DNA from: Geopsychrobacteraceae bacterium
GTDB lineage: Bacteria > Desulfobacterota > Desulfuromonadia > Desulfuromonadales > Geopsychrobacteraceae
Direction: 5' to 3'
Assembly (NCBI GenBank): GCA_963662315.1
Contig: OY759353.1
Location: 1,824,001-1,888,000, forward strand
Length of the DNA stretch: 64,000 nt
Shown here: positions 51,072-59,690 of the stretch, one piece after another
Layout of the letters: every line of letters begins with the position of its first letter
Numbering within the stretch: the stretch's first letter is position 1
Notes under the pieces: model-generated
Database searches by the model: none
Told to the model about the DNA's origin: nothing
The model's input: the letters and a program-made list of their open reading frames with translations, nothing else
Position numbers and translations under genes: made by a program

Positions 51072-52315
51072 AAACCCTCAATCCGGCCAGGGAATGGCAA
51101 ACATCGAAGCCGCAACATTCATTTCTTGAGCGCAACTGTAAAATGCTGGTGCTCAAACTTCTTAACCAACTCCGCGAAGGACAGCTCACCCTGCGCGAAG
51201 GGGGACAGGAACTGCTTTTTGGCCAGGCTGACACGGATATCCGGGCTAGCATCAATGTCAAACATGGCTCTTTTTATCGTAAAGTGCTGTTCGGGGGCTC
51301 CATTGGTGCTGCCGACGCTTACATCGATGGGGACTGGGAGACGGAAGATCTGACCACCGTCATCCGTATTCTGGCGCGCAATCAACAGGTATTGCAACAG
51401 CTGGAGAAGCGCTTTGCCCTGCTGACGATCCCGGTTCAGCGGCTGCGTCACCTGTTACGCCGTAACAACCACAGTGGTTCAAAGAAAAACATCCTCGCTC
51501 ACTATGACCTTGGCAATGCCATGTATCAGACCTTTCTTGACCCGACCATGATGTATTCAGCAGCGATCTATCCGACCCCGGATAGTACATTGGATAAGGC
51601 CGCTGTTTACAAGCTCGATCATATCTGTCAAAGACTGCAGCTGAAACCTGAAGATCACGTCATTGAAATCGGCACTGGCTGGGGCGGCTTTGCCATTCAT
51701 GCCGCGGCCAACTATGGCTGCAAAGTCACCACAACCACCATTTCGGATGCCCAGCATGAGGAAGCAGGCAGGCGCATCAGGGCCGCCGGGCTGGAAGATA
51801 AAATCACGCTGCTAAAGCAGGACTACCGCGAGCTTAAAGGGCAATACGACAAACTAGTCAGTATCGAAATGATCGAAGCGGTCGGCTACAACTACCTGCC
51901 TGAGTTCTTTAAAACCTGTTCACGCCTGATCAAAGCCGATGGCATGATGATGCTCCAGGCCATTACCCTGAATGACCAGCAATACCAGGACTACCTACGC
52001 GGGGTCGACTTTATCCAGAGTCATGTTTTTCCGGGCGGATGCATCCTCTCCAACCAGACCCTGTTTAACCAGGTTGCTGAACACACGGATATGGTGGTCC
52101 GCAATCTCGAAGACATCGGGCTGCACTACGCCCGCACCCTGGAGGACTGGCGCTCCAGATTTTCCGCCAACAGCAAAAAAGTCACAGAACTTGGTTACGA
52201 TGAGCGTTTCCGGCGTTTATGGGATTTTTATTTCAGTTATTGTGAGGGAGGCTTCCGGGAACGGACCATCAGTACCGTCCAACTGACGGCAGCCAAACCC
52301 GCGCAGCTCAATTAA
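51068..52315 (+). CDS. cfa: cyclopropane-fatty-acyl-phospholipid synthase-family SAM methyltransferase
   Basis: NILAHYDLGN, EIGTGWG, SIEMIEAVG, VFPGG, YCEGGF. Confidence 0.93.
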   Translation: MKTLNPAREWQTSKPQHSFLERNCKMLVLKLLNQLREGQLTLREGGQELLFGQADTDIRASINVKHGSFYRKVLFGGSIGAADAYIDGDWETEDLTTVIRILARNQQVLQQLEKRFALLTIPVQRLRHLLRRNNHSGSKKNILAHYDLGNAMYQTFLDPTMMYSAAIYPTPDSTLDKAAVYKLDHICQRLQLKPEDHVIEIGTGWGGFAIHAAANYGCKVTTTTISDAQHEEAGRRIRAAGLEDKITLLKQDYRELKGQYDKLVSIEMIEAVGYNYLPEFFKTCSRLIKADGMMMLQAITLNDQQYQDYLRGVDFIQSHVFPGGCILSNQTLFNQVAEHTDMVVRNLEDIGLHYARTLEDWRSRFSANSKKVTELGYDERFRRLWDFYFSYCEGGFRERTISTVQLTAAKPAQLN

Positions 52316-52328
52316 CCGGGTAGCGGCC

Positions 52329-52835
52329 ATGAGACTCGTGCTTAACATTATCAACTATCAGGTCATCTGGTTGCTGTGCGTCATCAGCGGCAACCGGATG
52401 GTCTGGCTTGCTCTGCTGCTGATCGGTGGTCATCTGTTTTTCAGTAACCAGCGGCGAAATGATCTGATCCTGATCATGAGCCTGGCGCTTGGCGGTATAA
52501 TCATCGATGGTAGTCTTAAACAATTGGGACTATTCAGCTTCTCCGAGGACAACTACCCTATTCCCTACTGGCTCATCATCATCTGGATGGCCCTTGCCAC
52601 GCTCCTAAACCACAGCCTTAACTGGTTAAAAGGAAAATATGCACTTGCCGCATTGCTGGGGAGCATAGGTGGCCCGTTAGCCTACTGGGGGGGAGTTCGC
52701 TTTGATGCTGCAGTGTTTCTCTGGCCGCTGCCTTTAAGCCTGGCAGTACTGATGCTGATCTGGGGTATTCTCACACCGCTGCTGTTGAAAGGAAGCGATA
52801 AGATCAACACTTCAAGTTTCACTGACCGCAGATAA
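52329..52835 (+). CDS. DUF2878 family membrane protein
   Basis: N.INYQ..W, P.WL...W, GGPLAY..G. Confidence 0.82.
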   Translation: MRLVLNIINYQVIWLLCVISGNRMVWLALLLIGGHLFFSNQRRNDLILIMSLALGGIIIDGSLKQLGLFSFSEDNYPIPYWLIIIWMALATLLNHSLNWLKGKYALAALLGSIGGPLAYWGGVRFDAAVFLWPLPLSLAVLMLIWGILTPLLLKGSDKINTSSFTDRR

Positions 52836-53003
52836 TTCCGGTGTTTTTACAAAGTTCATTTCCAGTTCCGCCCCCCTCCTATACTGCGTTCATCGTTGTC
52901 TAAAACAGCTCGAGAGAAGAAATAATCTCCCGAGCTATCACATCGCACTATCGGCAGTGGCCGCTGCTGCAGCCCATCCTATGAGTTTATTCCTGTACAA
53001 TTC

Positions 53004-53270
53004 CTATTGTGAGGTTCTCTCCCGGTCTCTATCCTGATCCCGGTCTCTGTCCTGGTCCCGGTCTCTGTCCTGGTCCCGGTCTCTATCCTGATCAAGATCA
53101 CCGGCCTGGCTCTGTTTCTGTAATTGCTTCTGGTGAAGCAGCATCATCTGTTCTGACGTCATAGTGCCTTTTGCATTTGCCCCGGTGCCATTGCCTCCTT
53201 TTCCTGCAATTGCCGGAGTTCCTGCCAGCAGTACAACCAGAATAACAATCATTAATCCTGACCGCAGCAT
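53004..53270 (-). CDS. small exported protein with DQDRDR repeats
   Basis: AAGGAGG RBS, ATG 53270, signal peptide, repeat tail. Confidence 0.8.
   Translation of the reverse strand: MLRSGLMIVILVVLLAGTPAIAGKGGNGTGANAKGTMTSEQMMLLHQKQLQKQSQAGDLDQDRDRDQDRDRDQDRDRDQDRDRERTSQ
53020..53091. repeat. 4 x 18-bp coding tandem repeat
   Basis: Unit tcccggtctct(a/g)tcctg(a/g). Confidence 0.95.
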
Positions 53271-53404
53271 ACTGTCCTCCTTTCTGCTTAAAAATTCCCC
53301 GGTATGGCCCGTCAAAATTCAACAGTAGAGTGAAATGACACAGGCTTATACTGAAACAAACGCGGCAGACAAAAAATGGTTGACAAAAATCATGACAAAC
53401 AAAT

Positions 53405-53442
53405 GTTATAATCGCAGGCTCTTAAGAGCCTGCGATTATAAC
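53405..53442. repeat. 38-bp perfect palindrome
   Basis: gttataatcgcaggctctt|aagagcctgcgattataac. Confidence 0.95.
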
Positions 53443-53595
53443 CTGCAATTGATGAACATAGTCCCGCTTCTTAATGCAAAGTGCTATCTGTTACCGGCTT
53501 TTCAACCTGATTAGCCTAAAAACTTGAGAGGTGATGCCGGGAGACCAATCCATGTGACGACCCTTCTTTTTCCCGCCTCGACATACGACACTATG

Positions 53596-54834
53596 TCATT
53601 TCTTTTTACTGCCGGTTTTTTCCAGGATACGCACATCCATGTAGGTCAGGTTGTCCATGTAGCCAATCACGGCAACCCCTCCGCCAGTCTCATTGTTTGT
53701 TTCATCACCAGATTCAACTTCCGGCGCAGAAGCATCTTCAACAGGAAGAAATATCTGGGTAATGTAGTCACCGGTGTCGGTATCTATTCCATTGAAATAC
53801 GTGTTGAGAAGCACAGATGATCCTGACTCATCAGTTCCACAGCTGGTATCCAGGCTGAAGGTCAAGCGGTAATCACCGTGACCATCTAAGACTCCATCCG
53901 TGGAGTCATACAACTTGCGGACATTCCAGGTGTAGCCATAAATGATTTTCCCTTTAACATTAATCTCTGCGGCATAATAACCGGGTCCGTCACCGCCTTC
54001 GTACACGGCCTGATTAAGAATCGGTTCGTTGATCAGGTCCTGATCTAACGGATTTTCCCACTGATGATTGGCCGCAACCCAGTCTAAACCTTCAAGGACA
54101 GGGTTTGGACTGCCGGGCTCAGCCCCAACAGCAGGATCATCGCGCGGCACAAGCAGTTTCTGAATTGTTAGTCGGCCACAAGATGAATAAACTGTGGCCC
54201 GGGTTCCATCACCGAGTATTACATCTGCACTCTGATCTACGGCGAGACCATGGACCTCATCAATCCCCCAGCCGGAAACATGTCGCATTTGATATTCCGC
54301 CATTGGTGAATCCAGATCCTTGTAAAGAACAACCTCAACCCTCACCATAGATCGGGTATACCAGTCGACAGATTCTAGAGCGTCAGTCCAGTCGATCCAA
54401 TCAACGCCTAAAAAATCCATCCAACTGTTGTTTCCTGCCTGCCAGAGATTCTCTGGATCTTTCTGCAGGTAGGCCTTAACCCAGTCGGTTCCCGGTTCCA
54501 AACCGCTTTCCTGAAGAGGAATACCATCATCACAGTAGCTTTCATTATCTGGATCTGGTGCACAACTGAGGGGAACAATATTGGGATCTTCCCCCTCCAG
54601 GCCCCACCAATACCACCATTCTCCATTAAGCTTATCCACCGTGGCAGGAGCTGATCCCGCAAGGGGGATACTTACCCCTTCAGCCCAGATAACTGGATAA
54701 CTCAGATTGTTTCCTCCTGCTTCCTCTCCATCATCAGTAGGTTTGTCAGGGCTCCCGCCCTTTGCCGCAAAGCCAACAGACGTGAAGAACAACAGCGACA
54801 GCATGACTATCACAAATACCTTCAATGTTTTCAT
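53596..54834 (-). CDS. secreted acidic hypothetical protein
   Basis: GGAGGAGG RBS, signal peptide, D/E/W-rich 412 aa. Confidence 0.8.
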   Translation of the reverse strand: MKTLKVFVIVMLSLLFFTSVGFAAKGGSPDKPTDDGEEAGGNNLSYPVIWAEGVSIPLAGSAPATVDKLNGEWWYWWGLEGEDPNIVPLSCAPDPDNESYCDDGIPLQESGLEPGTDWVKAYLQKDPENLWQAGNNSWMDFLGVDWIDWTDALESVDWYTRSMVRVEVVLYKDLDSPMAEYQMRHVSGWGIDEVHGLAVDQSADVILGDGTRATVYSSCGRLTIQKLLVPRDDPAVGAEPGSPNPVLEGLDWVAANHQWENPLDQDLINEPILNQAVYEGGDGPGYYAAEINVKGKIIYGYTWNVRKLYDSTDGVLDGHGDYRLTFSLDTSCGTDESGSSVLLNTYFNGIDTDTGDYITQIFLPVEDASAPEVESGDETNNETGGGVAVIGYMDNLTYMDVRILEKTGSKKK

Positions 54835-55197
54835 TTTTAACCTCCTCCCCTAAATGAAATAATATCAATCAAGGTCTTCCTGGGTAGATCTCCCTCTGAG
54901 AGGAAGGCCCAGGCAAGTGTGGCAAGCGCAATATGAAATGAAAATCGTGGCAGGTTCATCGACCTGAACAGATCAGGTCATGACATAAACGGAGGAAGGT
55001 ATGAAGAGTTGTCGACGGGACTGGTCTGCTATAAACATAGCAAAAAACTAGTAACATACATTTACAACAGAGAACATTTCCTAGAAAAACACTGTATTTT
55101 TACCTATCTAACCATGCAAGAATTTTATTATTACAGTTGCACCTCTTTATCCATTAAAGTTATATATAACAAAATAAACATAAAGGATGAATTAGTG

Positions 55198-55662
55198 ATG
55201 CATACACCACCAAGACACCCTCAAGGCCCCACATCATCCTTGCCCCTGTGGCGCAAAGTTCACCTTTACTGTTTCGGTTACTTCAAGTGGCTGAGCTTCA
55301 TCATTTCAATAGTTCTGGTTCTTTGCGTTATCACCGGTATTCTCTATAATCATCAGCATGATTTTACGACTCTGGAAAAAGGTCGTATTTCCACCGCATT
55401 TCTGCCTGACAGTTATCAGGAGCGGCTTGACCGCACCCGCAAGGCTCAGGGCCTGGAAGATCTATTTCCTGAAGAAGCCCATTCGGTCCCGGTTATGTGA
55501 GTCATCAAAGACCTGCATACCGGTGCTATTTTTGGTTTCTGGGGACGCATATTTTATGACCTGCTGGGCATTATTCTTACCATTCTTACAGTAACCGGCT
55601 GTTACCTGTATTTAGTCAGAAAACCTAAAGCTCGCAAACTCAGAAAGGATCAGAGCGTATGA
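55198..55662 (+). pseudogene. PepSY-associated TM protein interrupted by in-frame TGA at 55498-55500 (pseudogene, sequencing error or recoding)
   Basis: WRKVH...TGILYNH...SVPVM*VIKDLHTG..FG..G..FYD...TG.YLY; read-through stop overlaps next ATG (ATGA). Confidence 0.8.
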
Positions 55663-56117
55663 AGAGGTCAAAAATTATCGGTTGCACTATCCTGTTCCTT
55701 GCGCTGTCGGTATTGCCCGGCATTGCAGCAACCCAGGCCCTGAACGTTCCGCAACTGACCCAGGACATAACCAAAGTTGAAAAACAGGAAGTCATTCTGA
55801 CCGGTACGATCCTCGGTGCCTGTGCCAGTGGCTGTAAAATCTGGTTGGGAGAAAATGAATATAAGAAAGGCGACCCCTTTGTGCTGGTCTGGGCCAAGGA
55901 CGACGCTTTCAAATTCAAGACCGATGCCACCGGAGCCAAGGTTCAGTTGAAGGGCTTTGCCGTTGGTAAATATGTCGACCTGTGTGCCACGGAAAAAAAG
56001 CAGCAGGAAGGGATGAAAGAGGGTGAAAGTTGCCCTAAACCGGCCAATTTAGATAATCAGAAAGAGAAGCAGTTGCAGTCCATCACATTTTTTGCCACGG
56101 ACGTTGAATATCTGTAA
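55659..56117 (+). CDS. exported Cys-containing protein (possibly OB-fold/DUF4920-like)
   Basis: Signal peptide; GTILGACASGCKIW; two further Cys. Confidence 0.7.
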   Translation: MKRSKIIGCTILFLALSVLPGIAATQALNVPQLTQDITKVEKQEVILTGTILGACASGCKIWLGENEYKKGDPFVLVWAKDDAFKFKTDATGAKVQLKGFAVGKYVDLCATEKKQQEGMKEGESCPKPANLDNQKEKQLQSITFFATDVEYL

Positions 56118-56138
56118 GAGCTTCACCTTAAGTCACTT

Positions 56139-56177
56139 AAAAAGTGACCGCGGTCAACTGTCCGCGGTCACTTTTTT
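56139..56177. terminator. bidirectional intrinsic terminator
   Basis: aaaaagtgaccgcgg-N8-ccgcggtcacttttt. Confidence 0.9.
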
Positions 56178-56210
56178 CAGCAGTTCCGTTTTTGGCACAA
56201 TCTGCCTTGC

Positions 56211-57251
56211 TCAGGAGCGCAGATCTTTGAGAAGCCCCTTTACATAGTCACTTTTTTCCTGTAGTTGCTCCGCTGTCATCCAGGCAGGTTTAAAGTCCGG
56301 TACCAGATAAGCTTCCGTCAGCTGGGGTCGAACGCCGCCGACGGCAAAAATTTCGCCAAGAATCTTGTCAAAATAACGAACCAGTTCGGGGCTGATCTTC
56401 TGGTTGTAAACAAAAAATACTTCTTTATCGAAAGTGAAATTGGCGTCTTTGCTGTAAGGAATCCAGACGTATGGTTCCAGAAACCGAATAATATCACTCT
56501 GCTCTATTTTCCCGTAACCATTAGGGTTAGACCAACGCATGGTTGCCATTTTGGTCGGCGACCAGATAATCCGCATGCCTGAACGTTCATAGACAGGAAG
56601 TTTGGCAAACTTTTCATTCTCCTGAACTGAACCACTGATAATATCAGCCTGGCCATCGAACAAAGCCTGATTCCTCTGTTCTTGAGTTGCTGCAGCAACA
56701 GCAACCAGATTTTTCTCAGCCCCCGGTGCTATGATTTTCAATGCGTGTTTCAGAGCGGTAAAACCGACGTCAGAAGGCCCACCAGGCTCAACTGCTATCC
56801 GCACAGGAAGATTACGCCGACAGGCCTCCATAACCTCAAAAATTGACCAGTATTGAGAATGACGGGAAGCCAGGTAGGCATTGCCGGGATTCGTCGCTAT
56901 GCTTGGCCCCAGCGTATAGTTTGCAAACAGGTCTTTACGACCTTTGACACCGTAAATGGCCCCAAGATAAGCAGCGTCACCTGAAATCATCAGGGTCAAA
57001 CCATTGGCCCCATCCTTTTCTACCGACTTAAATGCCTTATCAATACCAACGACATCAACAGTAACTTTAATACCCAGCTTCTGTTCCAAGGCTTTGGCCA
57101 TAATGACGGCACTCTGGTAAATATCCCCGTTGGCAGCATCGGTCCCGACCACAAGCCGAATATCTTTGCTAATGGGACCTGCCCCACAAACCAGGCTTGG
57201 GACTGCCAGCAGAAAAAAGACTAAGAACACTCTGAAAAAAATATTCCCCAT
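56211..57251 (-). CDS. divergent Bug/TctC-like periplasmic substrate-binding protein
   Basis: Signal peptide from ATG 57251; IRLVV, ANGLTL, ALFDGQADI layout. Confidence 0.6.
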   Translation of the reverse strand: MGNIFFRVFLVFFLLAVPSLVCGAGPISKDIRLVVGTDAANGDIYQSAVIMAKALEQKLGIKVTVDVVGIDKAFKSVEKDGANGLTLMISGDAAYLGAIYGVKGRKDLFANYTLGPSIATNPGNAYLASRHSQYWSIFEVMEACRRNLPVRIAVEPGGPSDVGFTALKHALKIIAPGAEKNLVAVAAATQEQRNQALFDGQADIISGSVQENEKFAKLPVYERSGMRIIWSPTKMATMRWSNPNGYGKIEQSDIIRFLEPYVWIPYSKDANFTFDKEVFFVYNQKISPELVRYFDKILGEIFAVGGVRPQLTEAYLVPDFKPAWMTAEQLQEKSDYVKGLLKDLRS

Positions 57252-57516
57252 ATTCCTGTTCCTGAAAAATTTTATGCACATCGTTTCATATCCATGAAGC
57301 CAGACCAACACACTTGGCGGTCATAGCTCCCCCTTCTCATATAGTTAATCGCAATTCTTTCACAACTAACAAGTTTCCAGATTGGAAACGACAATAATTC
57401 CCGCCATAATCAATAATCCAAGGCCTTGTGTGGACCACAACATATTGTGCCTCACCAGCAAAACCACAGATTGACACCGCCACAGCGGAAAAAGGCCGTT
57501 CCCCAACAAATACAAG

Positions 57517-59364
57517 TTAAGTTCCAAGCCAGACTTCGACACGGCGGTTTCGTTCGCGTCCCAGAGCCGTCGCGTTGGTCGCAACCGGCATATCATCGCA
57601 AAACCCCTCAATAGCCTCGGTGGTGATCCCCCGCCACTGTAGAATGGTAGCAACCTTCTCAGCTCTGATCTTGGAGAGATAACAGTTTGCCGCCCGTTCC
57701 CCCCGGGTATCAGCAAAACCAAGCAATCGGATAGATTTACCACGGTTTTCTGGTTTTATCAGGAAAGCGATCAAACGTTCAAGGTCACGCTTACCCCGGT
57801 TATCCAACTCCGAACTGCCGGATTTAAAGCGAAAGTTCAAAGACAATCGGTCTGCTGAGTTGATGCTATCTCGATATTTCTGAGGAGCATAGCTCGGTAT
57901 CGGCGGGCTGATTTTATCTATAGTCAAAGAGACGAACCCTCTATCCTGTGCCACCTGTTGACCACCATCCCCAAGCGCAAACTGGAAAAACGGTCGGGCC
58001 AGATAATTTTTTGGATTGACTGCGGTGTAATAATATAAACGTCTGGACAGCGGATAATCCTCTGTTGAAATAGTAAATGGAGTAGGGAATACCGGAGCTG
58101 CGCCGTCCTGTTCAATAGCAATGGCCTTAGCATTTTTCATATAAGGGAGAGAGACAAAACCAATGGCATTTTTGTCTGCAGCAACCTCATCAGCAAGAAT
58201 CGCATCACTTTGGACCACGGTCATACCGGAGGTAAACGCCTCATCATGCATTGCCAAGAAACGAAAAACTGCGCTGCTTCCAGCATCAACATTCCGGCCG
58301 TATACATGAATGGCTCCATCAAGACCACTGTCGGGAAGCTGCGCCCATGAGGTCAGTTTTCCTGTGAAAATATCGGCAATCTGGGCCAGGCTGAGATTAT
58401 CGATTCTGTTCACCGGATGCAGAACAACAGCGATACCGTCAAGAGCAAGAATATGCTCGCTTGCGGAATTATTCAGCGGTCCAATCCCCTGATGACGTTG
58501 CAGTTCCTGCACATTAACCGGCCGTGATGACATGCCAATATCACAACGTCCACTCTCTAAACAGGAAAAAGCCTGCCCCGAGGAGGAGGATCGAATTTCG
58601 ATAGCAACCTGTCTACCATCTCCCAGGGTTCCCACTACGTGCTGAATCTCTGGCTGCTTCCCGTGAACAATTTTTACTTCCCCCGCAAACATTTCATCTT
58701 TCATGAAAGCCATGGCAATTTGCGGTGTTAACTGTCTACCGAGTGTTAGCGAGCCTTCAAGGCGCAAAAGGACTTCAGCTGGGGTAGTCGTCGCAACTAC
58801 CGGAGCCGATACTGGTGCGGGTTGTTCTCCTTGAACAGAAGCAGATGGAGCCACTGCAATGTCCGGCGGCCCTGATGGGGTTGTGTGCAGATACAGAAAC
58901 ACACCACCGGCAATGAGAAGTAAAATCAGGCACGCCGCAACAGGCAAAAAGAAATGGTTTCGCTCGCCTTTTTGCTTTTTCGCAACGGATCTCGTGGCTC
59001 CTCCACCCGCAGTTCCTTTTTTCAGCAAAACCTCAAAAACATTCTGCCCCTGTGTAACTTTTTTATCCAGCAGTGAAGTTTCTATCTTTGGCCGGCATAG
59101 AACAAACAGTGCCCCCTTGGCAAAGGAATAAACATAAAATCGAAACTCATAATATTCAAAATCGTATCGTTGCAAAGTTCCGATCAGTGCAGGGGTACGG
59201 TTTTGCTGCTGGCTTAAATCTATAGCCGACTTCTCGACGTGCCCCTTTGCAAAGTGGTTGGGTACTCTGGACATGAGGACACGCCCGGAGCTATGGCATA
59301 GAAACGCCCCGAGCACATCAGGCAAAGACAACAAATCATCTAAACATTGGGTATCATTTGTCAT
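57517..59364 (-). CDS. Roadblock-like/TM/PstS-like PBP/OmpA-C fusion protein
   Basis: GSLTLG, DIGMSSR, LALDGIAV..HP.N, YPLSRRLY; OmpA-like F..GS..L, GFAD..G, LS..RA, NRRVE. Confidence 0.82.
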   Translation of the reverse strand: MTNDTQCLDDLLSLPDVLGAFLCHSSGRVLMSRVPNHFAKGHVEKSAIDLSQQQNRTPALIGTLQRYDFEYYEFRFYVYSFAKGALFVLCRPKIETSLLDKKVTQGQNVFEVLLKKGTAGGGATRSVAKKQKGERNHFFLPVAACLILLLIAGGVFLYLHTTPSGPPDIAVAPSASVQGEQPAPVSAPVVATTTPAEVLLRLEGSLTLGRQLTPQIAMAFMKDEMFAGEVKIVHGKQPEIQHVVGTLGDGRQVAIEIRSSSSGQAFSCLESGRCDIGMSSRPVNVQELQRHQGIGPLNNSASEHILALDGIAVVLHPVNRIDNLSLAQIADIFTGKLTSWAQLPDSGLDGAIHVYGRNVDAGSSAVFRFLAMHDEAFTSGMTVVQSDAILADEVAADKNAIGFVSLPYMKNAKAIAIEQDGAAPVFPTPFTISTEDYPLSRRLYYYTAVNPKNYLARPFFQFALGDGGQQVAQDRGFVSLTIDKISPPIPSYAPQKYRDSINSADRLSLNFRFKSGSSELDNRGKRDLERLIAFLIKPENRGKSIRLLGFADTRGERAANCYLSKIRAEKVATILQWRGITTEAIEGFCDDMPVATNATALGRERNRRVEVWLGT

Positions 59365-59690
59365 TGTTCAACTCACTTTCTCATTGCAGTTGAGCGAATA
59401 ACGATCTTGCCAACAGAAGCTATTGTTGCTGAACATAACGATTGGTGCGAAAGCCCCCCAGAAACAGATCCCAAAAAGTGTTGTTGAGGAATAACCGGCG
59501 AAAATATCCGGGGCCATTGTTCAGAAAAGCCCACTTGCAGGAATTTCATAGACGCTCCATTAGTTCAAGATAAAGCAGATTCAATGAATATCTTTCTTTC
59601 CGTAATACGACGAAGTGGCTCCCCAACATCCACGTCAACTAACAAGACGCTCTTCTTCCTCAGGGAGTTCCTTCAACAATTTCGCAGCGC

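Noticed and set aside
53020..53091. Repeat array as CRISPR
   Set aside because: Contiguous coding repeats without spacers; no cas genes
59373..59549. 58-codon minus-strand ORF with GGAG RBS upstream of the Roadblock-PBP-OmpA gene
   Set aside because: No recognisable motif or TM; cannot be told apart from chance without Ribo-seq
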